Source: Xylographa opegraphella
Taxonomy: Eukaryota
DNA: 64,000 nucleotides
Reading direction: 5' to 3'
Assembly: GCA_022813865.1 (NCBI GenBank)
Contig: JALDZX010000005.1
Coordinates: 186,001 to 250,000, forward strand
Numbering within the stretch: the first letter of the stretch is position 1; the number at the start of each line of letters is the position of its first letter. The notes below the pieces were generated by a model. The model saw nothing but the letters and a program-made list of their open reading frames with translations. It searched no databases and was not told the origin of the DNA. Made by a program: the position numbers and the translations under genes. This document shows positions 1 to 12,866 of this stretch, piece after piece.

Positions 1-948
1 CCATCTCGGTCTCTCTGGGGCAATTACCAGATCCACGAGGAATATATCTGTCATCGGGTAACGAGTATAAACATAACACAAGCTGGTCAATCAAAGCCTT
101 CGCGTGGCTTTGGACCGAGGTTGCAATATCAGGCTTGTATGTGATTAGGGTGGAAGACAAAATCTCTCCCAGAAGCCGCTCCAACGTCAGCGCAATGATG
201 TACTGTACACATTCTCAGCTTCTTCCGATATGGAGGTAGATTATTCGGCTTCGAGGATTTTCATGATGCCTTTGGCAGAGGCTTGAAAGTGATTAATCTG
301 GACGAAAGCCTAGACAAACAATCGCAGAGCTTCGGTTTCATCCAGCTTCTTGCATGCTGTGAGATATCTACCATGACGTCGACTGTCAACAAGCAGCAAT
401 ATTATAAAGGTTGAAGCTTGACTATACCCAACTGCGTAGCACAAGGACAATTTCTCATATATAAACATACGAAAGCACAGACTGAAATTACTGCAGAAAA
501 GTCCTGACTTTACGAAGTGCGTCTGAATGGAAAAAGAACCGAGGAATAGCTTCACGCGTATGGCGAAAGCAATAAGTCATGAAATGAGCTGAGTCCCGAG
601 GAGCTCCACTTACCGAGCATGAAGAGCATGTGAATATAGTGACAAACAAGCTGCAAGAGGACTACTGTGATTCAAGGAGAAGTATGTAGTGAGTGATCTC
701 TATGAAACAACGGAGACAATGATAGCAGATATTACGCAGACGAAGAAATACAGGGTAGACAACAATATGAATAACGCAGAAGAGTCGATGAAGGAAGAAA
801 AGAGTCGTGCAGATTTAAAATTTGCTCCGAGAATGCAAAATGTACTACAGTGAAGGAAATCCGTAGAACTTATATTTCTGACAAATTCGTGGTGGGTATT
901 CTGTGAAATTACTCCTCCAAAGCTTGGACGCATGTCTTGCTATGATAG

Positions 949-3522
949 CTATATCCACTTCTCGACTTCATCTTCCTCGTCGTCTTCTGGATCCACCTTT
1001 AGGGCCGCCTCTGAGGCTAACGCGGCATCTCTTGCCACACTGGTGAGATTACCAGTCAGCTCGGTCCATACATTCAATGCCAGCAACATGCAGAGAGTCA
1101 AAGGCTAACATACCTATCAACATTGAAAATTTCATCCCTTCCCCTTGGTCTCATCCGTCCCATACTCTCCAACTCGTCCCAGATACTAGGATAGTTTGCC
1201 TTGATCCACTCCTCCACCTGAGCCTTCTTGACTGACCCTGGACTAGCGTTGTAGCACACCCCAAGACTAAAGCAAGCATGAGAAATTGTACATTCTCCAA
1301 ATTGGTACAGTGTGTACTTACCTAACAGCATCGGGTTTGTGGCCTACTTCTTGCTCCATTTTATCGAGCAATTCTGCGGACTCGACGATTAGGCCTTGGC
1401 CTGCCAGCGCAGCGACATAATTTTCGTAGATCTCCTTGTTGATCTCGATTTCGAACCGCTGAAGTCTTCTCCAGATGTCGCGAGCACGTCTCTCACCGAA
1501 CGGCGTAAGCTGACAAGCTCTTAACGCAATACGTATACTATCATAAGTCGGCCCTTCTCGAGAGTACACAATGTCGTCCCAGAAGTCAAGGCTTCGGTCA
1601 TACTGACCACAAGCTGAATACGCCATCATCAAGGCATTGTGTAACCTCGTATCAGGTTCTACTTCGGAATCGAGTTTCAGCATGTTGTGCACTATCTCCA
1701 TAGAGTTGGTGTCTGCTTGTTGGGCGATGCCCTCCAGGCACTGGGCATATGTGTCTGCGGTCGGTCGCTTTTGAGGAAATGGTGATTGCCTCATGTGCCC
1801 AAAGACATGAGTAGCCATATCACTGCGTTTTCGAGCGAAGAATTCATTCATCAGCTTAGTTCTCGTGCCGCGCTCGGTCTCAGTGAAAATCTGTCTGGAT
1901 ATGGTATAGGCATCCCAAGCCAAAGCTGTACTGTTATCACGATCTAGGCAGAAATCGACGAAGGTGTCTCGAACAGAAGCTCGTTCCTCTATGTCGTAAT
2001 GGAAGGCGTGAGTTTGGAGAAGATCAATCACATCGTGAAGCTCTTTTCGCCTGAGATGAAGAAGACATAAGGCTGACACTGTCGCTGGGTCAAAGCGGGC
2101 CTTCCGCTCTGTCAAATCCTCGACCAGACCCATAATAGCGTCGTAATCCTGCGTCTTTGCACTACACAGAGCGAGAATAAGCTTGTTGACAAATGGAACG
2201 TCCTTATCTCCGCTAACCTCATAGCTCTGCAGGTCTTTATAGGCATGGCGAGCACCGTCGAGGTCTCCAATATTGATCCTATAGTCAAGTTGGAGAAGCC
2301 AGGTCTGAGCGTTCAAAGCTATTTTCCACTTATGTGCCAGCGCTACATATCTCTCCGCGGTATAAGAATCGTGCATTTTATTGGCAAGATCGATTAGCTC
2401 GTTGATCGTATATATATCAGGACGTATGGTATTTCCTGACTTCGCAGTCGTCTCTATCATGACTTTCATCATTCTCTCGACTTCGTCGACTCCTTTACCT
2501 TTCGCAGAGGCCCACTGGAATATAACGTCCCATGCGTCTTTGTCCAGATTTTGGTCTAGGATTTTAGTGAAGATACCCTGACCCCATTGGAAGTCCTTCT
2601 CGTTTATGCATAGCTTGAGAACCATAACATTAAGTCGGGCACTCGGTGTAGCACCATTATCGATGGGTTGAAGATACCACCGCTTGGTAGATGCAAGATC
2701 TCCAAGTCGTATATATGCAAGCGTTAGAGCTTGATGAGCATCCACATCAAATGCAACTTCGTTCGCCCTCATCAAGTCAATGGTCCGAAGGATTTCTTCC
2801 TCTTTGCTCTCTCTAGCGAATCCCCTGAGCAGATGGTACCATAGCGTCACACTATCCTTCTTCAAACTCCGTTTCCAATGGTCTTCTACCAGCTCTCTGG
2901 CCTTTCCTGTGTTGCCACTTTGACTCAGTATCCGTACATATGGTGCAAGAACAAGCCTCTCGTAAACGATGGAATCATTGTTTGATGAGGTCTTCTCTTC
3001 TCGCAATCGAAGCTCTTCAAACAAAAGCCGAGAAAGCTCCGCGCGACTTTCCGGCCGCTGTTGAGGTTTTCTCCGCGTCAAAGCCTTCAGCGCAGTCTGT
3101 AGGTCCTCAGCAGTAAGCTCAGCGCTCCCGTCCCCAGTGTGAGTTTGCAGATGCTTGAATGCAGTAATTGCATGCTGAAATTGGTGGTCTTCCAGGGGCG
3201 ACTTAGAATCTGCTTTGGCATAAAAGAAGTCTCTGAATGCCTTGGTTATCTTATGAGCTGGTGGAGGTCTTGCTTTGATTGCCAGCAGATTGCAGAGCTC
3301 TATAAGTTGTTCGTGACCTTGATCAAGATCTGTAGGTTTCAATTCTCGGGGAGGTTTGCGGGAGAATCCAAACAGTGGTCGGCTAGAAGTTTTCGAAAGA
3401 CGCAAGGTAGGCTGTTGTCTCCGATATCGACGCAGTATTGATCGACTGTAGCATTGCAGATGAGTTATAGGCTCGTTTTGTAATATTTGCCTAAAGACCT
3501 GTCGGGTCAAATGGGATTGCAT
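949..3522 (-). CDS. cia84: Mitochondrial PPR-like protein, complex I intermediate-associated protein 84 homologue (3 exons)
   Basis: 734-aa ORF with Arg-rich mitochondrial presequence and PPR-like helical repeats (e.g. PDTRLHNALMMAYSACGQYDRSLDFWDDI). Introns 1267-1321 (gtaagt..ttag) and 1040-1113 (gtatgt..gctgac..cag) extend it to ...EDEVEKWI* at 949. Confidence 0.8.
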
Positions 3523-3853
3523 GGTAGGATATATCAGAGTTCGGCGCCCTGTTGGTCTACATTAATATAAGGAATGTAGATGGACCGGTCACTCGTTTTG
3601 GATGTAGCGTACGAGATTCTGGATTGTAGTAACCATCTTGACCGATATTAAAGAAACTTTCCAGACCTGGTGCTATACAATGCCTTCATGAGTGGCACAT
3701 GAAGTCCAATAGTGATACCAATTAAGCCGAGGGGAAGTGCGATGGCGGGAAAAAGCTCCGACTTCCAAGCTACAAATCCGCACTAGGCTGTCTTCCACCA
3801 TCCTTCCATCCATCCCTCTATAGTACCTACTCAGACATAGCTACACAAAGATA

Positions 3854-4574
3854 ATGTCGCTCGTCAAGGCGTTCAAAAGGCCACTGGCCATGATCGCAGA
3901 AGCTAGATTCATATGCCGCTCTTTCTCCACCTGCACTCCTCTGCGAGCTGACTATTCTTACCAAAGCCCAAGTATCAATTCACAGTACCCCAAGCTCAGT
4001 ACCCCATGACTAACTTGTCCAGGCCCTCATACTTCGATCTTGGAGCTCGATATCAAGGAGAAGGAGAAGCGCGATAGAACATTCGATACCCTAAGCACAT
4101 ATACCAAGCGTGACAAAAGCGTCGGAGCAAAAGAAATACTAAGGCAACAACTTGGAGATTTGGAGAAACGGGACCGAGCCCGGGATCTTGAACGAATGCA
4201 AGTACGGCGATGGAAGCAAGGTGATGTGTACGCGCCACACGATTTGAGCCCGGCGGAGATGAAGAAGTGGAGGCGGAAGATGCGGCCGGATCGAGACGTG
4301 TTTGACGCGCTTGCCATAAATCCAATAGATCACTACATGGTCAATATTCTGTTCGATGACGGCAAAACGGAGGCAGTGGCTAACTCAAGTCCAGAATTAC
4401 TCGATGATGTCCGAGTTTATGACTTCAATGGGACGAATCAAGCACCCGAGAGATACCGGTCTTCGACGGGTCAATCAGCGAAAAATTGCAAAGGCAATAC
4501 GGAGGGCAATAGGCATGGGGTGGATGCCGAGTGTGCATATGCATCCTGAGATGCTAAGGCGAGGCCAGAGATGA
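3854..4574 (+). CDS. RSM18: Mitochondrial small-subunit ribosomal protein S18 (3 exons)
   Basis: ATG at 3854, introns 3972-4022 and 4340-4394. Motifs RRWKQGDVYAPHDLS and MGRIKHPRDTGLRRVNQRKIAKAIRRAIGMGWMPSVH are typical of Ribosomal_S18/Rsm18. Confidence 0.9.
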
Positions 4575-6304
4575 ACAGGCTATCTGTGCGATTACTGGAG
4601 TCGCCGCTTTGAATCCACGACCTTGTCCGGTCCAGGTGTATAAAATGTCTCTATGTACGTATTCAAATACACTTGGCAGCATAGCACTTTTTTTTCTGCC
4701 ATCTTTCCGGATCTATGACCTCGTTCCACTATGGGACCTAAGGCTATCTGACGATTGAAATTGGAGTGCGCTCTACGGCTACTATTTGCATAAGAGGGGA
4801 CTGTTTATGAAGGCATTCTGTGGACGTGGCTTCCCGCCATGGCCTTTATATAGCAGCAGGCCACAAGCATGCGAAATTCTGCGAGATCTAAAAGCCATGA
4901 CGCCCTACATAGAACTACATTTCTCTCATTGTGATTGGTCAATCATGGCATGAGGATTCAAAACCCGCTTTATGTTTTCTATCCTCTATCTCTTTCTTGC
5001 CTCCGGTCAGAGCTCTCCTTTGCGAAATTAATTTTAGTCCTTGAAGTGCAGCTCGTTGAGGATGATCTAGCCTGCGTCTGTTTTAGCGATTTTTGAGATT
5101 AGATGACAAGTGGACGCTGTTTGGAGGAAAAGAGCCGACTCCGGCTGCTCCCCGTTCCCGATGGTTGGTTGTGCTGTATTCTTGTCTTCCTGGGTCTTCA
5201 CATCCACTGTTCTAACTATGTCACATAAACTACAGTCTCGGGAACGAATAACAGAGCAACCGCAATGGTCCGCCTCAAGAATTTGGAAGTGAGTGGTACT
5301 GGCGTTGATAGAAATCGCGCGCGGTACATGTCAACTACATTGATGTTACTGAGACAATGTTCAATTTCGGCCTTGGTACTGCGGTTGTGCAATGCCCGCA
5401 GTGTCTACGACCAATCAAGGATAAGCCCCAAACATCTCGAGGTGCAAGTAAAAAGGTCAAACGAATATACTGAATGGCCTAAAATAAAATCCTTCTTCGC
5501 GCAACTGTTGGTGCTTCATAGGAACTAGCAATATACGCTCGTTTGCGTCCTTCTCAGGCGTTCTGCTCAAAGTCCACACCGCCGTTCTACATCTTGTAGC
5601 GTCGTCCCCTGTGCTGGTATCGAGGTTCTGCAATGCGGAATTGTTTTCCAAGACTAAGTCTAGCGCTGATGGATTTTTGGCCTTATTTAGATCCGTATAC
5701 CCGCTTTAGGCCGTCGTTGCATTCTCGGTACGAGGCATGCTTTCTTGGGCTAGACTGGCGCGCTTAGGCCGATACTCAGCTGCCACCTTCCAATTGTGCC
5801 GATGAGTGCCAAGACTGTTTAAGCTCATTGCAGTCTCGGCGCTAGCTGTTTCGACCGGTCTGTCGGGTCTGGCCCAGGAGCTAGTAAGCACACTACCAGT
5901 TGGTACCTTTCGTTAGCCTTCAATCATATATCTTGCCTTCACCGTCAATGTTCACATAGTTGCTAGGCGATGACTAGCACTGAGCTGAGTCGGGAAGTCC
6001 TAGCCAGGACGGCACAACTTATAGATAGCTTCACTTCTACCCAAACCAGTGGCGCCTTCGAGACCTGGCCCTACTGCCAGAGTGGGCTCCACACCGACGA
6101 CACAGCAATGTTTACGATGTCTGTGCTCGTATTCGTCTTTTAGTGCCCTGACCGTTGCTTTTCTCCTACTCCGTATATTAGTATCAATTCCTGTGCTTCT
6201 TCCTCTCGCTTTCCGTGTTTGTTGTTTATTCTCTTCACAAAGGGATTTTTTATCTGTGGGGGTCGTTCCAACCGCACGTTCTCCATTCATTTCTCTTCAG
6301 CACC

Positions 6305-7506
6305 ATGTACTTTTCTCACGCAAGCCTCCTTGCTTTCGCCGCACTCTGCGGCGTGCTCAATGCCGCCGTGATTGCTGAACGCGCCGCCTGCAATGCCGAC
6401 AACTGCCTACGCGCCCTCAATGGCTATTCCAGCGCCGCCGCCTTTTGCAGTTCATACACCACAGCCACAAGTACAGCAACGACGGGCCTGCCAACCTTCG
6501 CTACGCTGTGCACTGGTGCGACTGTCTCGCGGCTCAGCTCGGCGTGTTCATGTTACGCAGCTACAGCAACGCCGAGCTAACAGACTACCACGACAACTTC
6601 GCTCCCTACAAGCTCTACGCCGTCCACGTGCACGGCTGTGACTGTTACCGCGACCCAAACCGAGCCAATAATGACAGTCACAGTCACTCCTGATGCCTCG
6701 ACACTCACGGCCACTGCGATAGTAACTGATACCGAAACCGAGCCAGTGATGACCGTCACAATTACTCCTGATGCTGTGACAGTCACAGTTACTCCCGATG
6801 CTTCCACAGTCACGGCCACTGCGATAGTAACTGATACCGAAACCGAGCCAGTAATGACCGTCACAGTCACCCCTGACGCTGTGACAGTCACGGCCACTCA
6901 ACCAGTCACCGTTCCAGTCACTTTGCCCGCCTCAACCGTGACCGTGACTGCGGCCGCACCCGCCGCCGCAGCGTCCGGGTACAGCTTAGGATTCGGCTTC
7001 GACCCGCTCATCGGCTATGTGTCCGACAACCTCGCAAGCTTCGCATCCGTCCAGGACCCCGCTAACGCCTACGCGGGGCAGTCCTACCTGTAAGCACCCC
7101 CGATCTCGCTCTTCCCCTCACCCCATTAGGTAGATAGATACACTAACACATCTCCAGCCTCGCCCAATTCGGCGCCTCCTCCGCCAGCGGCGACGTCACC
7201 CCACAGATCACCGTCAACGTGCAGCCCAACACCAACTACGTGGCCGACGGCTATTTCAAGAAAGGCTCCGCCGCCGGGACGTGCACGGTCGGCATCGCGG
7301 TGCTCAACGGCGCCGGCAGCGGCTACCTCAACGTCGGCACCGGCGGCTCCTACCACCTCCACACCCTCACCGCCGCCTACACCTACGACAGCACCGCTTT
7401 CAACACAGGCGCCAACACGCAGGTGTCCGTCCGCTACATTACCAGCTGCTACGGCGCCACTGGTCTCGCGGCCTACTACGACAACTTGACTCTGCATCCC
7501 GCTTGA
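6305..7506 (+). CDS. Secreted Cys-rich / Thr-Val repeat protein with C-terminal CBM4/9-like domain; interrupted by an in-frame TAA at 6578-6580
   Basis: Signal peptide MYFSHASLLAFAALCGVLNA, then CNADNCLRAL..FCSSY..SRLSSACSC domain. The same frame resumes after TAA with Thr-rich repeats. Intron 7090-7157 (gtaagc..ctaac..cag). C-terminal beta-rich domain ends YYDNLTLHPA*. Confidence 0.7.
6655..6900 (+). repeat. Intragenic coding tandem repeat (~105-nt / 35-aa unit built from VTVTVTPDA and TATAIVTDTETEP modules)
   Basis: cacggccactgcgatagtaactgataccgaaaccgagccagt occurs twice, 105 nt apart; the shorter TVTVTPDA module recurs several times. Confidence 0.85.
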
Positions 7507-8040
7507 GTGGGAGGCGCAGCCAATCCCGTTTCGTGTGGTTCGCATAGTTTGGCCGCCGGTGGGAATGCTTGGGTGGATTTTTTCGTTATTCGGCGGAGTT
7601 AGTAAAGGAGCGGATTTTTGCGGCATTTTCACCACGCATAGGGCGGACTTTTTCGTCCCGCCCGTCTTGTTCTCACGAATGCTCGTAAACAGCGACTGTG
7701 TAGACGACGCATTGTCCTGAAGATCTTGTACATACAGAAAACTTCGTTATCTATATGATAAGTCTGTTCTGTTCTGCCGATTGAGCTCCTCGCCGCTGAG
7801 CGAAAGTCCTTCTCTCCTGCTTTCCACTTCCACGATATCGCTAGCTTCGATTGATTGATGGAGGCCCTGGCCATGAGATGTACTGGGTACGTAGATAAGG
7901 ATTGCGGAGCTAGGTACGTTAAGGCTGCGCCAATGAATAATGTGTCCCGTGGCGCTGGTGCGGGTTCGGGACCGGGCTGCAGATGTCCCTTGTGCAGATT
8001 GTAGGGGACATGTCAGTTCGGGGTTTCGTTATGTTTCTGT

Positions 8041-8092
8041 TTCTGTTGCAGCGGTCTTCTGTTGCAGCGGTCTTCTATTGCAGCGGTCTTCT
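8041..8092. repeat. 16-bp tandem repeat (ttctgttgcagcggtc) x ~3
   Basis: Read directly: ttctgttgcagcggtc ttctgttgcagcggtc ttctattgcagcggtc ttct. Confidence 0.85.
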
Positions 8093-8334
8093 ATAAATTT
8101 GAGAACGACAACAGGTGCGAAAGAATTGCTGTGCGTGAGATTCTGCAACGGAGTCAACAGCTCCTCATGAGTGCAAGCTGGAGCTTGTTCCTTCTTTCGC
8201 ACCGAGTGAGTACCTATCTACCGAGAAACCGATCGTGACTGCATCAACACCCCGCGGGCAGCCGGTTGACCCCCCCCCGGCACAGCCAGCCGCCATGACA
8301 GAACACTCCCTCTATCGTGCAAAAACCGAAGCGC

Positions 8335-10321
8335 CTACATCTTCCCCACCAGCCCCGCCTCCACCACCGCCTCCGCGCTCTTCTCCCCACCCACCAAGCC
8401 CTGCTCCGTCTCCAGCCCAACATCGATATCATACGCCTTCACGAACGCCGACAGCAGCAGCGCCACAGCAGCGAGTGCGCAAGCGACAGCCCAGACGATC
8501 TTCAAGCTGTCCGCGTATGCCGACCTGAGGGCCAGCTTGCCGGCGCCCGCGGGGGTCTGCTGGATGATCTGCACGAGCGCGGCGGCGTCCTTGCCCAGCT
8601 GCGAGGCGCGGGCGGCGAATTCGGGGTACGCTTGCAGCTTCTGGATCATCTGGTTTTGGAAGATGACGCCGCCGATAGCGACGCCGAAGGTTTGGCCCAC
8701 GGAGCGGAAGAAGCCGTACATGGCGATGGAGAAGGCGATGGATGCTCGGTCGGTCTGCGAGGCTTGCACTTGGAATTGTAGTGCCGGCGAGAGCTGGAGG
8801 TTGAGTTAGTATCTGCTTTTCCGGTGGCCTTTTACGTGCCCGACTTACGATCCCGAGCCCGACGCCACTGGGCAGACATATGAAGACCCACTGCACAACT
8901 TGGGTGTCAACGTCAAGCAAGACAAGCAGGCCGCATCCCAGAACCGTGACCGCCCAGCCAGCCCAGATTGACCACCTGTACGAATTGGTTTTCGTGATCA
9001 GGAGGCCGGCAATGGTCGCCATGGGGGCCACGGTGAAAGTTGCTGGAAACAGCGCAACACCGGCAATGAGCGGCCTGTATCCCAGAACTGCTTCAAAATA
9101 CAATGGCTCGAAGTACAATATCACCCACAGGATCATGCCTTGTATGACCGTGTTGAAGTACGCTGTATTTGCGGACCGATTGGCGAAGATCGATAGCCTG
9201 ATCAGGGGCTCGGCCGTCCCGTATCTCTCGTAGACGAACAGTCCGGCCACACCGACGACGCCAAAGATCAAGGGCAGGAGGGTATGCCAGGACGTCCAGT
9301 CAAACATGACGCCTCCCCAGGAAAGAGGTATCAATATAGACGTCATGCTGCTTACGAAAAGCACGGATCCAAACCAGTCGATCCGTCGAAGCTTCGAAAT
9401 TAAGCTCGATGTGACAAAGTTCAAGCGGAGGAACAGCGGTACTAAAACATACGCTACCCCAATAAAGGGAAGATTGATGTAGAGCTGGTTCATTATCAGC
9501 AAAGGAAGCCCCTGGGACGCATTTCCAGAGCTCACAATCCATCGCCAGTTCACGACTGCGAACGCTCCCCCGATAATAGGTCCCGAAACAGATCCGAGCG
9601 CGTACATCGACGCAATCGCTCCAGTCCACGCCCCCCGGTACCGTAACGGTATCAGATCAGTGACGACTATTTCTGTCATGGCGACAATCCCTCCACCACC
9701 AACACCCTGTAGTGAGCGGCCGATAAGGAGGAGCGTGAAGTCTTGGGCGACCATTGCGACGATGACGCCGATCAGGAAGAAGGTTATTGCAGTCATAATC
9801 AAGGGCACGCGACCAAAGATATCGCTGAATGATGCAAAGTTTGGCTGAAACACCGTACTGCAAAGGAGGAACGCCGTTCCAGCCCACTAAAATCCGATAA
9901 TCAAAGTTAACAGTTGTTCTGGTGAGGCATCAGAGATAGAGGATTGTGATAGGATACTTCTGGACATAGTGAATTTATCTCAAACGTTCAATTGCTCCTT
10001 CGGAGCGCTGAATATCGGTTCTTAGACTGTACGTACAAATGCTTCAATGGCCGAACCGTTGAGCTGCTGTGCTATGATGGGAAGAGCGACTGAGATCGTC
10101 GTGCCATCAAGAGCAACCATGAGCGTAAGGACTGCGAGCACACTGAAGGCAAGGTAGAAACGTATCCCAGGTTGAAAAGCTGGAGCTGTGCTGGTAAACT
10201 CAGCGGGAGCTGGCGATGATGGAGGATGTGCTTCGAAGCCCCGAGTGATTGATCTCTGCGGGGAAGAAGTCGTCACATTAGAGGATGAAGCTTCGGCATG
10301 GTCAACAGATATTGAAGCCAT
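8335..10321 (-). CDS. MFS drug:H+ antiporter, DHA2 (14-TM) family
   Basis: Motifs LMVALDGTTISVALP, SDIFGR, GRSLQGVGGGG, GPIIGGAF, RRIDWFG, FFRSVGQTFGVAIGG. Intron 9887-10036 plus introns near 9484-9534 and 8793-8848. Confidence 0.9.
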
Positions 10322-11499
10322 GGCAGTGGTAGCACTCAGATCTGGCCGTGCTGCTCGTCAATTCTTGGTTTGAGTGACGATTATTCTTAAAGATTATCCG
10401 TGTCTATCATCGATTTGAGGAATTAACGCGTGTTCTTGTATTAGAGGCCTGGCCGAATATGCTATCAGAGAAGACGCCATTCCAGCCAATCAAAGAGGCA
10501 CAGCCTGTTAGGGCAAGAGCAATAAGTGTGTTCCTCATTTTGCTATTGTGCATGCGCAACCTTTGAGCCACCATCCAAGAATGATTGCGGGATGACGACG
10601 ATATCTTAGGTGAAGGATGGTTGTTGAAACGACTAAATATGTTGCTGCTTCATCGAGTCACCAAGGGGTCTCAATGAGATCGCAAGGCAGATCGACCTAT
10701 ACCGTTATAGGCATGGTTTGCGAGATCTCGGTAAGAACCCGAGGCTTCAAGATGAGCCAAAAGTCGGCGTAGTCTTTCAGCCTCGGATTTTGAGTAGATA
10801 TCCGAGGTGCTATCTGGAGGTAAGCCATCAACGCTGTGGCGCGGAGCACACAATAAGATTGTAAGTGCATCTCAGATCCTGGACTTGATCCACAAGGGCG
10901 CATAACGGCCTAGTCAATCTGGCCAAGTCCAAGCGCAGTAAGCTATCATCATTAGTATAGCCCCCCTTGTCGTGGATATCGTCTCCTCTTTCCTCCCGTT
11001 TCCACAGTGATGCCCAGCTTGTATCCCTTCAGATAACGAATATCAAGTCGAAGACAGACAAATACATTGCACCTTGAGGCGCCACTCTCTGTCCACAATT
11101 ATATACCCTTAAGAAGACGAACATCATGGGAGAGTTGCAGGAGGTCAACTTACAACTCTGTGTATCATATTGTGGTGCGGGTGTTCAGTCTCGAGCACAG
11201 ATCGCCATTATCACCGCTTGAATTCAAGGAAACATTTCCAGAGTTCTTGCCCGGTCACCGGTGCGTACTGCTTCGGTGGTGCCCGAAGGCTCACAGTCTT
11301 GAGAAGATTGGTGGAGAAACGACTTGTTTCTTTGTGACAGTCAATCAGTGAAATTATCCAAGCACTTGCAATTTTCCGCGCGATTTTCAGGTAACGATAA
11401 CAAGCGCTCTTGCTCTGGCAGACATCCATTGAGGACTAGCAACATTCAAAAGTGATTTGACTCTACGGAATGTATCACCATTGACACAGTTCGCAAGAC

Positions 11500-12866
11500 C
11501 TAGGCTCCAAGCACGCTTTTTGGCCATCGCAAGAGCTCGTCCCAGTCTGTACCCAAGCAAGACGCCACGTCCTCGATCAATCCGCATGACCAGTCTTTCG
11601 CCCACCATCTATCATTCAAGGTGTGAAAGCACGATGCCCAGAACGCCACCATGGCTAACGCAAGGCTGTCTCTGCAGCGCAACAGCGTAACAAACTCGAG
11701 TGTCACATTGGTCGGCCAAGCCAGGATATAGGCCCCCCAGATATCAGTCTGAGCACACTTACACACTTTATACAAACGTTGGATCTCCAGCATATACATC
11801 TTCCTCTGAGCTTTGTCCTTGGATCCGGGGACTTTATTGCATTCTGTTAGCTCTATCTGCCGCTCAACTCGTTGCCGTAAAAGGTCAAGTGTCTTTGCAG
11901 CCCCGGCTGGTATTTCCGGTAATTTGTCAAAATCTGGGGTACGAAATAGGTTTCCTATAATGCTAGTTTGAAGCCATTCATACGTCTCATTGATAATCGC
12001 GTCGGTACCCCGCCAAAAGCTAATGACTTCAACAAAAGCACCGACAGCCGATCGCGCATTAGGTACCTCTGGCAGTCTCCCTTGAACATGCACACCACTG
12101 GACGTGACCTCCCTCAAGTCCTCAGGTAGAGAGCGCGATGCAAAAGCAAGAGTGGAGAAAAGCATATTGAATGAGCACAAGGCTACACAATTCGAAGAGT
12201 CGGCATTATTGAGGACAGGTATGAACAGCTCGAGGCCTCGGTTTCGGTGCCAAACCGCTGTTAACACGCAGCGTTGGCGAGCAGCCACAGGTAGTGGCAT
12301 AGTGAACGCTTTATGCATCGCAGCGAGTGCGATGAGACCATGTAGTAGGAATGGCACAGATATTGCCAACTGAAACACGTCCTCCCGCCAAGTACGGCGC
12401 GCTTCTGGGGTGAAGGATAAGGTCTGATATGTTTCCGTCAGATACTGCTGAATCCATTCAAGATCTTTAACTGCAATGGTGCCTGCAGCTTCGTAATAGT
12501 CAACTGCAGGGAAAGATGGCGCGCTATACGGAACCTGTTGTGCTGTCTTCGGGGGTGGAATTGTATTCGTTAGATGCGTAGACCGAGGTGTGTTGTCCGC
12601 TGCATTAGTAACCGCGTAAGACGATACCCCTTGGTCAACGAAGGACAATGCATTCTCAGCAAGCGAGCAGATTTCGTTGCGCTGAACACATCGTCGGCAG
12701 GCCGGGATAGTCTCGTCACACTATACAAGGTTAGAATCTGTCGCGGCATATGCCGTCGAAGTTGACAACCAACCTTGACCTTCCGTTGCTTGCATTGGAG
12801 GCAACCATGATGGGACTTCTTGGAATTACGCTGCCTAGATCTGCTGATCGGAGCCGATGATAGCAT
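11500..12866 (-). CDS. Zn(II)2Cys6 transcription factor, Upc2/sterol-uptake-control-like family
   Basis: KKSHHGCLQCKQRKVK | intron 12721-12773 | CDETIPACRRCVQRNEIC. Body has PFLLHGLIALAAMH and WWAKDW motifs. Confidence 0.9.

Noticed and set aside
1..555. Possible minus-strand exon running off the left edge (YIIALTLERLLGEILSS..) after an acceptor-like ctgag..tacag near 203
   Set aside because: No recognisable motif and no convincing upstream exon or start; cannot be supported from this window.
7960..7985. GGTTCG T-loop-like words here and near 35621, 43905 and 54618
   Set aside because: No cloverleaf stems or A/B-box spacing, so not called as tRNA.
6655..8092. Tandem repeats considered as a CRISPR-like array
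   Set aside because: Eukaryotic context, no unique spacers and no cas genes; one is a coding repeat and the other a minisatellite.
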